This document shows, in pieces, positions 8,086 to 16,501 of a DNA stretch of 41,786 nt. Within the stretch, counting starts at the first letter, position 1. Every line of letters starts with the position of its first letter. A model generated the notes under the pieces. That model was not told the DNA's origin and did not search any database. It saw nothing but the letters and a program-made list of their open reading frames with translations. Location: IMG/VR virus record IMGVR_UViG_3300048848_000259, positions 1 through 41,786 of that record; one strand, 5' to 3'. Made by a program: the position numbers and the translations under genes. This DNA is from a virus. Its lineage: Duplodnaviria; Caudoviricetes.

Positions 8086-8389
8086 ATATCAGCTCGTCTC
8101 TCCTGCCGATCGTCGCGTTCAGGCATGGAAGTTCGAACCGTCCGAGCGTCTGAACAAGGATATTCCGGACTTCATTCGTAAGGCCTTCGAAGACGACACG
8201 ATCCGACTTCTGACTGACGGCTGGTATGTGTGTTGCGCGTACGAAGCAAGAAATGATGGATGGCTTTGCCAACGGAAGCAAGGAGACCAGTTGGTCAAGC
8301 TTGTCGAGGGCGAGGTGATTATGAAGCTGGATGCCGGGCTGGTCGTAGCAGATCCTGAGTGGTTCGCCGCGAATTTTCAGGCGGTCTAG
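8078..8389 (+). CDS. Hypothetical protein
   Basis: Overlaps the upstream stop; GGAG RBS. Confidence 0.65.
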   Translation: MTEYQLVSPADRRVQAWKFEPSERLNKDIPDFIRKAFEDDTIRLLTDGWYVCCAYEARNDGWLCQRKQGDQLVKLVEGEVIMKLDAGLVVADPEWFAANFQAV

Positions 8390-8391
8390 TA

Positions 8392-8694
8392 ATGTCTGGC
8401 TGCCGTATCGGCAACGTCAAGCTGAGGAACGGCGCTGACCTTCTGCGTTTCCCAAAGCCTTCCCGTGATGAGAGCCAGCAGTACCTGGTAGAGCGCGCCG
8501 CCATCATGGCATCGCACTTCGCCCCCGGCGAGCTGGCCGGTTATGTCGTCTTCGCATGGAGCACGAAAGGCGGCACGTCGATCGGCTACCACTGGAACGA
8601 CAGGAGCAACGTACGGGCTCGGCTCGTGCCTTCGTTCATCGCAGATGCGATCCGCGACAGGATGATTACTGAAGGCGACTGGGGAAGGGACTGA
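8392..8694 (+). CDS. Hypothetical protein
   Basis: ATG 2 nt after the upstream stop; phage-like codon usage. Confidence 0.65.
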   Translation: MSGCRIGNVKLRNGADLLRFPKPSRDESQQYLVERAAIMASHFAPGELAGYVVFAWSTKGGTSIGYHWNDRSNVRARLVPSFIADAIRDRMITEGDWGRD

Positions 8695-8699
8695 GAGAG

Positions 8700-9140
8700 A
8701 TGGCACGGCCTTCAGCATATAAGCCCGAGTACGCCGAGCAGGCAGCCAAGCTGTGCGCTCTAGGAGCTACAGACCAAACTCTCGCGGAGTTTTTCAACGT
8801 CACGTTCCGTACTATCCAGAACTGGAAGATCGACCACGAGGAGTTTTTTCACTCCCTAAAGGTCGGCAAGGAAATTCCGGACGAGAACGTCGAGCGTTCG
8901 CTCTATCAGCGGGCCATCGGCTACTCACACCCGGACACGGATATCAAGATCATCGACGGTAAGGTCGTGAAGACCGAAACAGTCAAGCACTACCCGCCGG
9001 ATACCACTGCCGCCATCTTCTGGCTGAAGAACCGGAAGCCGAAAGACTGGCGTGACAAGCAAGAGGTTGAGCTTCAGGTCAACGGTTCCCTGGCTGAGCG
9101 ACTGGCTCGGGCCAAGGGAAGGGTGTCTTCCGGAAAATGA
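8700..9140 (+). CDS. terS: Terminase small subunit
   Basis: MARPSAYKPEY..QA.KLC.LGATD, VERSLYQRAIGY and PPDTTAAIFWLKNR motifs; directly upstream of TerL. Confidence 0.9.
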   Translation: MARPSAYKPEYAEQAAKLCALGATDQTLAEFFNVTFRTIQNWKIDHEEFFHSLKVGKEIPDENVERSLYQRAIGYSHPDTDIKIIDGKVVKTETVKHYPPDTTAAIFWLKNRKPKDWRDKQEVELQVNGSLAERLARAKGRVSSGK

Positions 9141-10630
9141 CCTCTGTCGCAAAGCGTGCCGACCCGGACGACGAGATCGCCGAGGCGGCAGCTCTGTTCC
9201 AGTACGATCCGCAGGGATGGGCCCTGTTCGCGTGGGACTGGGGACACGGCGATCTGAAGGACATGGACGGCCCGCGAGACTGGCAGGCGGATATCAACGA
9301 AGAGATCCGACAGCACCTTAGCAGCGAGAACCGTTACTCACCCTTACAGATTGCCGTCTCAAGCGGGCACGGTATCGGGAAATCTGCCGAAATGGGCATG
9401 ATCTCGAACTGGGCGATGTCCTGCTTCTCGGACTGCAAGATCGTCACGACAGCGAACACTGAAAGCCAGCTTCGGACGAAAACCTCGCCGGAGATCGGAA
9501 AGTGGTTCCGATCATCGATCACGGCTCACTGGTTCAACGTCCAGGCGATGTCCATTAAGGCCCGTGACAACGAACACTCTGACCTGTGGCGGCAGGACTT
9601 CGTGGCGTGGTCGGCGCACAACACGGAAGCGTTCGCCGGCTTGCACAACAAGGACAAGATCATCGTCCTGATGTTCGACGAAGCATCGAAGATCGCAGAC
9701 AGCGTTTGGGAAGTGGCCGAAGGCGCACTGACGGACGAGAACACGATCATCATCTGGTTGGTGTTCGGTAATCCGACCCAGAACACTGGGCGTTTCAGGG
9801 AATGCTTCAGGCGGCATCGCAAGCGGTGGATCAGAAGGCAGATCGACAGCCGGACCGTTCCCGGCACGAACAAGACCAAGCTCGATCAGTGGGTCGAGGA
9901 CTACGGTGAAGACCACGATTTTGTGAAGGTGCGAGTGCGCGGAATGTTTCCATCGGCTTCGGCAAAACAGTTCATCTCGACGGACGACGTCGACACCTCG
10001 CAGAAGGTCCACCTCCGGAAGGAGCAATACGATTTCGCACCGAAGATTATCGGTGTTGATCCAGCTTGGACCGGCGACGATGAGCTGGTCATCTACTTCC
10101 GGCAAGGGCTCTTCTCCAAGATGCTCGCGAAAATGCCGAAGAATGACAACGACATTGAGGTCGCCGGAATCGTTGCTCGGTTCGAGGATGATCTTCAGGC
10201 AGACGCTGTCTTTATCGACGCGGGGCATGGCACCGGCATCTATTCAGCCGGCATCACGAACGGCCGCGCCTGGCAGCTAGTGTGGTTCTCTGGAAAGAGC
10301 ATAGACCGCGGCTGCCTGAACAAGCGTGTCGAGATGTGGAAGGGCATGCGCGACTGGTTGAAGAACGGCGGAGCGATCGATCCGAAGGATGATGTCCTCT
10401 ACCAGGATCTGATCGGCCCCGAGCTAGTGCCGCGGACGGATGGCTTGCTGCAGCTGGAAAGCAAAGAAGACATGAAGACCCGGGGGCTTCCATCCCCGAA
10501 CCGGGCAGATGCCCTGGGGCTTACGTTCGCGTTCCCTGTGACAGCGAAGGAAAACAATTCCGGCACCAACATCCGCGGCCAGAGCACCTACGGCAGCCAG
10601 CAGAGCGAGGAGTACAACCCGTATGCTTGA
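9137..10630 (+). CDS. terL: Terminase large subunit
   Basis: Walker A SGHGIGKS, Walker B FDEAS, GNPT, nuclease GVDPA and SPNRADAL. Confidence 0.95.
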   Translation: MTSVAKRADPDDEIAEAAALFQYDPQGWALFAWDWGHGDLKDMDGPRDWQADINEEIRQHLSSENRYSPLQIAVSSGHGIGKSAEMGMISNWAMSCFSDCKIVTTANTESQLRTKTSPEIGKWFRSSITAHWFNVQAMSIKARDNEHSDLWRQDFVAWSAHNTEAFAGLHNKDKIIVLMFDEASKIADSVWEVAEGALTDENTIIIWLVFGNPTQNTGRFRECFRRHRKRWIRRQIDSRTVPGTNKTKLDQWVEDYGEDHDFVKVRVRGMFPSASAKQFISTDDVDTSQKVHLRKEQYDFAPKIIGVDPAWTGDDELVIYFRQGLFSKMLAKMPKNDNDIEVAGIVARFEDDLQADAVFIDAGHGTGIYSAGITNGRAWQLVWFSGKSIDRGCLNKRVEMWKGMRDWLKNGGAIDPKDDVLYQDLIGPELVPRTDGLLQLESKEDMKTRGLPSPNRADALGLTFAFPVTAKENNSGTNIRGQSTYGSQQSEEYNPYA

Positions 10631-10883
10631 TTATCGCGAAACGATCGCTGTTGAACGCCTGAAGAACGCCGCGAGCAATGGCCGGCTGTTGAACATTCTG
10701 ACCTTTGCCCTTGTGCTGTTCGTCACGGCTCGCTTCGACCAGTCGGCTCTGTGGTTGGCCTTCTTCCCCATTGTTTCGCTCGGCGCCGCTTATCTGTCCG
10801 ACGTCTTCGGTCAAATGAAAACCTGCAGCGTCCTATCCATCGTCTTCGCGATCGTCCCGTTCGCAGTCGCGTTTTACATCTGA
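10623..10883 (+). CDS. Small 3-TM membrane protein
   Basis: GAGGAG RBS; overlaps the terL end; hydrophobic. Confidence 0.6.
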   Translation: MLDYRETIAVERLKNAASNGRLLNILTFALVLFVTARFDQSALWLAFFPIVSLGAAYLSDVFGQMKTCSVLSIVFAIVPFAVAFYI

Positions 10884-10893
10884 GGTAAAGCCC

Positions 10894-11106
10894 ATGTGTG
10901 TTTTCGGAAGCAGCGTTCCCGAACCTGAAGATCCCCGCCTGCCGGTTCAGTACGCCGCGCAGCGCAGCCCTGACAACCAGAACGCCGAGAAGGCAGGCAA
11001 CCGGACGAAAGACCGGCTGCGCGCCGCCACATCGACGGTGATGACCGGGAACGGCGGAACTGGCGCCGTCGACACCGGCGGCAAGAAGGTTCTCCTTGGT
11101 GCTTGA
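10894..11106 (+). CDS. Small pre-portal virion protein
   Basis: MC..G start and ST..TG..G...KKVLLG end, typical of the small gene preceding podoviral portals; GAGG RBS. Confidence 0.75.
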   Translation: MCVFGSSVPEPEDPRLPVQYAAQRSPDNQNAEKAGNRTKDRLRAATSTVMTGNGGTGAVDTGGKKVLLGA

Positions 11107-12814
11107 GGTCGACACCACAGCTCGCTCTCGCCACGAGCGCCGTCTTGCCGCCCTGAAAACGGAGCGGAACGACTACGAGGCGCAGTGGCAGGAGCTGAAC
11201 GACTACATCTCTCCCGGCCGGTACCGGAAGGGCGACTCGAAAGAGACGCGTGGCAAGCCGCTGAACAGCAAGATCGTCGACAACTCGCCCTTGCTCGCTC
11301 ACCGTGTTGCTCGATCCGGAATGCAGGCAGGCCTGACGTCGCCGACGCGTCCGTGGATGCGGTACGGCACGTTCGACGCGGACCTGAAAGAGTTCGGTCC
11401 GGTGAAGGACTACCTCTACGAGGCCACGCGCAAAGCCCGCAACAAGATGGCGGTCTCCAACGTCTACAATTGTCTGCACAGCGGCTACGGCGACGAGCTG
11501 CTGTTCGGTCAGTTCTGCATGATCCTGACCACCATGAAGGACAGGGTGCATGCCATCATGCCGATCGCCGGCCAATACTGGCTTGCAGCATCCGGCCAAC
11601 AACGCGTCGACACCTGCTATCGCCGTATCTGGATGACGGTCGAGCAGGTCGTCGGCAGGTTCGTCCATCAAGACAACGGTGACATGGACTGGTCCAAGGT
11701 CTCGACCACCGTCAAGAACTGCTGGGACAAAGGCACGTACGACGACTGGGTCGAAGTGTTCAACGCGATCGAACCGCGGCACGACCGCAACCCGCGCAAT
11801 CCGACGAAGGCGCACAAGGCGTTCATGTCGAACTACTGGGAAGCTGCCGGCGCCAAGGACGTAATGCTCGAGATCAGCGGCTTCGACCGCAATCCTATCA
11901 TCGCGCCCCGCTGGGATCTGGTAGGCGAAGACGTCTATGCCGCTTATTGCCCAGGCATGGACGCGCTTCCCGATGTGAAGATGCTGCAGAAGGAACAGAT
12001 CTGGAAGGGCCAAGCGATCGAGCACCAGGTCAAGCCGGCCGTGGTCGCGCCGACGTCGCTGCGTAATGCACGCAACTCCTCGCTTCCCGGCTCCGTCACC
12101 TTCGTAGACGAAACCAACGTGAACGCCTCGTATCGTCGGGCCTTTGACGTGACGCTGCCGCTAAGCGACCTCGGCGCTGACATCGATGGCGTCGTCCGCC
12201 GTGTCGACCGCGCATTCTACGCTGACCTCTTCATGGCGATCAGCAACATGCAGGGCGTGCAGCCGAAGAACGTCTACGAGCTGACGCAACGCAAGGAAGA
12301 GCAGTTGCAGCAGCTGGGCCCAACGGTCGAGCGCCAGCATCACGAGCTCATCATGCCGCTCGCTGACTGGCTCTTTCATGCCCTCGACGACATGGACGAA
12401 TTGCCGCCGCCTCCGCGGGAGCTAGAAGGGCAGGAGCTGCAGGTCGAAAACATCTCCACGCTTGCGCAGGCACAGCTGGCAGTTTCGACCGGCTCGATCG
12501 AGCGCTTCCTGAGCTTCGTCGGCAACATCAGCGCGGGCAGCCCGGACAGCAAGGACAAGGTCGACTTCGACCAGGCGATCGACGAATACGGCGATGCCGT
12601 GGGCGTCATACCGACGATTGTCCGGTCCGATGACGAGGTCGCCAAGATCCGGGCCGATCGGGCACAGCAAATGCGTGCCGCGGCATCAGCGGAGATGGCG
12701 GCAAAGGTAGCGCCGGCGATGAAGCAGGGCGCAGAAGCCGCCCAGATCCTGGCTGGGACCGATGACACCGGCGGGCCGACAGAGCTTCTAAGCCGCCTGG
12801 GAATTGCCGGATGA
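11096..12814 (+). CDS. Portal (head-to-tail connector) protein
   Basis: GMQAGLTSPTRPW, PRW....EDVY, AFYADLF and RKEE.L..LGP.VER motifs; exact start (11096 or 11099) uncertain. Confidence 0.93.
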   Translation: MVLEVDTTARSRHERRLAALKTERNDYEAQWQELNDYISPGRYRKGDSKETRGKPLNSKIVDNSPLLAHRVARSGMQAGLTSPTRPWMRYGTFDADLKEFGPVKDYLYEATRKARNKMAVSNVYNCLHSGYGDELLFGQFCMILTTMKDRVHAIMPIAGQYWLAASGQQRVDTCYRRIWMTVEQVVGRFVHQDNGDMDWSKVSTTVKNCWDKGTYDDWVEVFNAIEPRHDRNPRNPTKAHKAFMSNYWEAAGAKDVMLEISGFDRNPIIAPRWDLVGEDVYAAYCPGMDALPDVKMLQKEQIWKGQAIEHQVKPAVVAPTSLRNARNSSLPGSVTFVDETNVNASYRRAFDVTLPLSDLGADIDGVVRRVDRAFYADLFMAISNMQGVQPKNVYELTQRKEEQLQQLGPTVERQHHELIMPLADWLFHALDDMDELPPPPRELEGQELQVENISTLAQAQLAVSTGSIERFLSFVGNISAGSPDSKDKVDFDQAIDEYGDAVGVIPTIVRSDDEVAKIRADRAQQMRAAASAEMAAKVAPAMKQGAEAAQILAGTDDTGGPTELLSRLGIAG

Positions 12815-13104
12815 CCAAAAGCAGACGTGAACAGGAACTCGAACTGGCAACCCAGTTCGTGCTGGCGGAGCCGCGCGCTCGTGAGTTCATCTGGTGGGTT
12901 CTCGAACAGTGCGCGATCTACAGCGCCCCGTCTGTCGTCAATGGCGAGACAGGCATCCATATCGGCCGCCGCGTGATCGGCGTCTCGATCATCAACCAGA
13001 TCACAACAATCGAACCAACAGCCTACGCCTCGATGATGGTGGAAGCTCACAACCGCGCTGAACGGCGCAAGAGAGAAGAGAATGCGACATCTGTTGACGA
13101 ATAG
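12811..13104 (+). CDS. Bbp19-like phage protein
   Basis: REFIWWVLEQC.IY...GRRVIG pattern; lies between portal and scaffold. Confidence 0.7.
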   Translation: MTKSRREQELELATQFVLAEPRAREFIWWVLEQCAIYSAPSVVNGETGIHIGRRVIGVSIINQITTIEPTAYASMMVEAHNRAERRKREENATSVDE

Positions 13105-13903
13105 CATCGCCTTCGCCGCAGAGGGCACCGGTGGCGCGTCCGGCGGTCAGGAAGGCGCGACAGAGCAACCCGCCGCAACCGGCGCCACTGCTGGCTCTGA
13201 GACGATCCTGTCCGGCAAGGTGGATGACGCCGCCAGCGCTGAGACTGACGCCGGAAAGAAAGCTGCCGCTGCATCCGCCGACGCTGAAGGAGGCTGGAAA
13301 GAGTACGTTCCCGACGACAGCAAGACGGCTGCCGAGAATGATGCGCTGAAAGCCGAGCACGACAAGGCAAAGCCGGCTGAAGGCGACGATAAGAGCTCTG
13401 CGGCTGACAAGGCCGACGTCGTCCCGGAGGACGGCAAGTACGATATCACCCTTGAAGGTGACATGGAGTTGGACACGGCGCTGCTGGAAAAGGCGGCGCC
13501 TGTCATGAAGGAGCTTGGCCTTACCAACGGGCAGGCTTCAAAGCTCGCCGGCGTCATCGCCGAGCAGAGAAAGGCCGAATACGACGGCCAGAACGAACGC
13601 CTTCAGAAGATTGTCAGCGACTGGCAGAAGGAAATCAAAACCGACAAGGACTTCGGCGGCGATAACCTTACGACCAGCGTGAACAAAGCAGATCGAGTGC
13701 TCGCGACGTTCGGAGACGATGCTCTCCGCCGCGACCTCGTAGAACTCGGGATTGGCAACCATCCCGGACTATTCCGGCTACTGGCCCGTGTCGGCAACGC
13801 TCTCAGTGATGACAAGCCCGTCACGTCGGAAACACCCGCCGCATCCAAACGGTCGCCCGAAGAGGCGATGTACGGTGCGACAACTCCAACGACACGAGGT
13901 TAA
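13082..13903 (+). CDS. Capsid scaffolding/assembly protein
   Basis: Acidic Ala-rich N-terminus; KELGLTNGQA, D.DFGG and GIGNHP..FRLL.RVG..LSDD motifs; precedes the capsid gene. Confidence 0.8.
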   Translation: MRHLLTNSIAFAAEGTGGASGGQEGATEQPAATGATAGSETILSGKVDDAASAETDAGKKAAAASADAEGGWKEYVPDDSKTAAENDALKAEHDKAKPAEGDDKSSAADKADVVPEDGKYDITLEGDMELDTALLEKAAPVMKELGLTNGQASKLAGVIAEQRKAEYDGQNERLQKIVSDWQKEIKTDKDFGGDNLTTSVNKADRVLATFGDDALRRDLVELGIGNHPGLFRLLARVGNALSDDKPVTSETPAASKRSPEEAMYGATTPTTRG

Positions 13904-13906
13904 CAC

Positions 13907-14899
13907 ATGGCCACTGTTGGCAATATGTATCCGACGCTCTCGGACCTGAAGAAGCAGGAATGGGGCGACGACATCGCGACGATCATCGACATGCTCGTTC
14001 AGTTCAACGCGATGTACGAAGACGCTCCGATCCTGGAATGCAACATGGGATCGAGCCACCTGACGACGGTCCGCACCGGCCTTCCGGTTCCGACCTGGCG
14101 CAAGCTCTATAAGGGTGTGCTGCCGACCAAGGGCACGACTGCGCAGGTCAAGGATGCCACCGGCATGCTCGAAGACTGGTCGGAAGTCGATGCCAAGCTC
14201 GTCGACATCTCGAAGAACCCGGCCAAGTTCCGCCTGAACGAAGCGAAGGCTCACCTTGCCGGTATGGCGAACATGCTCGGTTCGACCGTCTACTACGGCG
14301 ACACCGACATCAATCCGGAACGCTTCACCGGCCTCCATGCGCGCTTTAACTCGAAGACGGCTGCCAACGGCAAGCAGATCATCGACGCCGGCGGCACGGG
14401 CTCCGACAACACCTCGATCTGGTTCGTCACCTGGGGCGAAGACTCGGTCCACCTTCTCTATCCGGAAGGCACCAAGGCTGGCCTGCAGCGTGAAGACAAG
14501 GGCAAGACCACAAAGGAACTGCCTGACGGCTCGCTCTACGACGTGTTCCGCGAGAAGTTCAGCCAGGACATCGGTCTGTCCGTCCGCGACTGGCGCGGTG
14601 TGGCGCGCGTCGCCAACATCGACGTGTCGGATCTCCGGGCAAATGCTGCGACCGGCGCCGACCTCATCAACCTGATGATCGACGGTTACTACGCGCTGCA
14701 GAACCCGAACCAGCCGAACGGCAAGACGGTCATCTACGCGCCTAAGACGGTGCAGACCTTCCTGCATAAGCAGGCGATGAACAAGACCAACGTGAACCTG
14801 ACGCTCGACCAGAGCCAGGGAAAGCCGCAGGTTTCGTTCCTTGGCCTGCCTATCCGCCGGGATGACAACATCCTCGAAACCGAAGGGCAGATCGTCTAA
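13907..14899 (+). CDS. Major capsid protein (BPP-1 Bbp17/epsilon15 gp7-like)
   Basis: VRTGLP.PTWRKLY.GV, P.RFTGL..RF, IIDAGGTGSDNTSIW, VRDWR.VARVANID and FLGLPIRR.D motifs. Confidence 0.93.
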   Translation: MATVGNMYPTLSDLKKQEWGDDIATIIDMLVQFNAMYEDAPILECNMGSSHLTTVRTGLPVPTWRKLYKGVLPTKGTTAQVKDATGMLEDWSEVDAKLVDISKNPAKFRLNEAKAHLAGMANMLGSTVYYGDTDINPERFTGLHARFNSKTAANGKQIIDAGGTGSDNTSIWFVTWGEDSVHLLYPEGTKAGLQREDKGKTTKELPDGSLYDVFREKFSQDIGLSVRDWRGVARVANIDVSDLRANAATGADLINLMIDGYYALQNPNQPNGKTVIYAPKTVQTFLHKQAMNKTNVNLTLDQSQGKPQVSFLGLPIRRDDNILETEGQIV

Positions 14900-14927
14900 C
14901 CGGCGGTCGAAAGGAAAGGTCGAAACA

Positions 14928-15371
14928 ATGATCTGGGATGCTCAGAACCTCTTCTCGGATGCGCAGGCCATCAAGGCAACTGCACCATCCGACAACATCA
15001 TCGACTTCGGCGCTCCCGGGAAACCGGTCGGCGCCGCAGCGGCAATCCGCCGTGACTTGGGCCGCGGTTCCCGCGTTCCTCTCCGCATTCAGTTGGTCGA
15101 GGCGGCGCTTGCAGCCGGTGCGGCCACGCTGACGGTCGATCTCCAGGTCGACGACAATGCGGCATTCTCCTCGCCGAAGACGGTTTCCACGTCTGGGCCG
15201 ATCGGCAAGGCAGCATTGACGGCGGGCTATATCTTCCCGCTCGATCTGTTCCCCCGCGGTACCGACGAGCGTTATGCGCGCCTCGTCTACACCGTCGCAA
15301 CTGGTCCGCTGACGGCCGGCAAGATCACTGCCGGCGTCGTCGCTGCAGGAGAGGACAACAACTATGACTAA
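14928..15371 (+). CDS. Capsid cement protein (Bbp16 family)
   Basis: MIWD..NLFSDAQAI.ATA.S.NIID start and RYARLVYTV...TAGKITAGVV end. Confidence 0.85.
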   Translation: MIWDAQNLFSDAQAIKATAPSDNIIDFGAPGKPVGAAAAIRRDLGRGSRVPLRIQLVEAALAAGAATLTVDLQVDDNAAFSSPKTVSTSGPIGKAALTAGYIFPLDLFPRGTDERYARLVYTVATGPLTAGKITAGVVAAGEDNNYD

Positions 15372-15849
15372 GACCGTGATGGCAGTCCGCCCGGGCGTCT
15401 ACGACCACTACCGCGAAGAAGGGGACGTCTTCGAAATCCGCGAAGACAAGCACTTCTCCAAGGCGTGGATGACGGAAGTCTCGAACCGTGAAGCCCTTGC
15501 CTTGCAGCGGGCGGCTCAGCTGCACCCGGAAGCAGAACGGCATGTCGTCGACACCTCCGTCGTCGACAATGCCGAGCTGGAAGCTCTCCGCGCCCAGCTC
15601 GCCGAAAGCCACGCTGAAATCGAACGCCTCAAGCGTCCGACCAGGCAGAAGGCTGGAACCGAAGGCAAGAGCGCCAACACGACCGACGCGGCGCCGAAGA
15701 CCGCCGCCGAAGTCCTGGCAATGGCGAATGACCCGAGCGTCGAGTTCATGGCGTTCAAGTCGGCAGCCCGCAAGGTTCTCGGCGATACAACGCCAGCGAC
15801 CAAGGCCGAAATCGTCGCGGCTCTCGAAGACAAGGCCACCCAGCCTTAA
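15364..15849 (+). CDS. Hypothetical head-associated protein
   Basis: GAGG RBS; overlaps the upstream gene; core-like codon usage. Confidence 0.75.
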   Translation: MTKTVMAVRPGVYDHYREEGDVFEIREDKHFSKAWMTEVSNREALALQRAAQLHPEAERHVVDTSVVDNAELEALRAQLAESHAEIERLKRPTRQKAGTEGKSANTTDAAPKTAAEVLAMANDPSVEFMAFKSAARKVLGDTTPATKAEIVAALEDKATQP

Positions 15850-15871
15850 TCGCTGACAGCACACGCCAACC

Positions 15872-15900
15872 GGGCCCGGTGGGAAACTGCCGGGCCTTTT
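15872..15900 (+). terminator. Rho-independent terminator after the head genes
   Basis: GGCCCGGTGG-GAAA-CTGCCGGGCC followed by TTTT. Confidence 0.75.
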
Positions 15901-15916
15901 CCTATGGAGCGCGCCT

Positions 15917-16498
15917 ATGACGTCGATCACTGCCATCTGCAATATCGCCCTGTCGAATATTGGGAAAGGCGACATCAACGACTATTCCGAGGCGTCCGAA
16001 GAAGCCCGCCAGTGCCGGCTGCACTACCCCTTCGTCCGCGATACCGCCCTGCAGTCTTTCGAATGGACGTGGGCGATCAAACGGCAAGCTCTCGCCGAGC
16101 TGTCCAACACCTGGACGGAGCGCTTCCAGTTCGAGTACCGCCGTCCGACAGACTGCCTAAAGCCGCTGCGTATCGTGTCGGAGCTTGCTGACGGTCGGGA
16201 CCATGCTGAGGTCGAGTATGCGATCAAGGGTACGTCGATCCTCTGCTCCCACCCGGACGCCGTTCTTGAGTATATCGAGAATGTAGAAGACCCAGGCCGC
16301 TTCCCACCGCTGTTTCGCGAAGCGCTTTGCTGGGCGCTCGCTTCGAAAATTGCTCTGCCGCTAACGAAGGACAGAGAGATCCGAAAGGACGCATACGACG
16401 GCGCCCGGCAGGCCATGAGCGCCGCCCGTGTCGCCGATGCAAACGAGGTTCCGACGTTCTGGAGCCAGCTTTCCTCCCTCATCGACGTGAGACGCTGA
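15917..16498 (+). CDS. Tail tubular protein A/adaptor (T7 gp11-like)
   Basis: ICNIALSNIG...I, C...YP..RD..L..F.W.WA, Y.RP.DCL and FPPLF..AL...LA..IA..LT motifs. Confidence 0.85.
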   Translation: MTSITAICNIALSNIGKGDINDYSEASEEARQCRLHYPFVRDTALQSFEWTWAIKRQALAELSNTWTERFQFEYRRPTDCLKPLRIVSELADGRDHAEVEYAIKGTSILCSHPDAVLEYIENVEDPGRFPPLFREALCWALASKIALPLTKDREIRKDAYDGARQAMSAARVADANEVPTFWSQLSSLIDVRR

Positions 16499-16501
16499 TA
16501 C

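Noticed and set aside
10874-14767. Long minus-strand ORFs (10874-12025, 12376-13128, 13778-14767)
   Set aside because: Antisense shadows of high-GC portal and capsid genes with no motifs; the same applies to shadows over the tail and ejection genes
14841-14927. Programmed frameshift fusing capsid and cement proteins
   Set aside because: The overlapping open frame exists, but there is no slippery heptamer and the cement gene has its own purine-rich RBS and family-typical start at 14928
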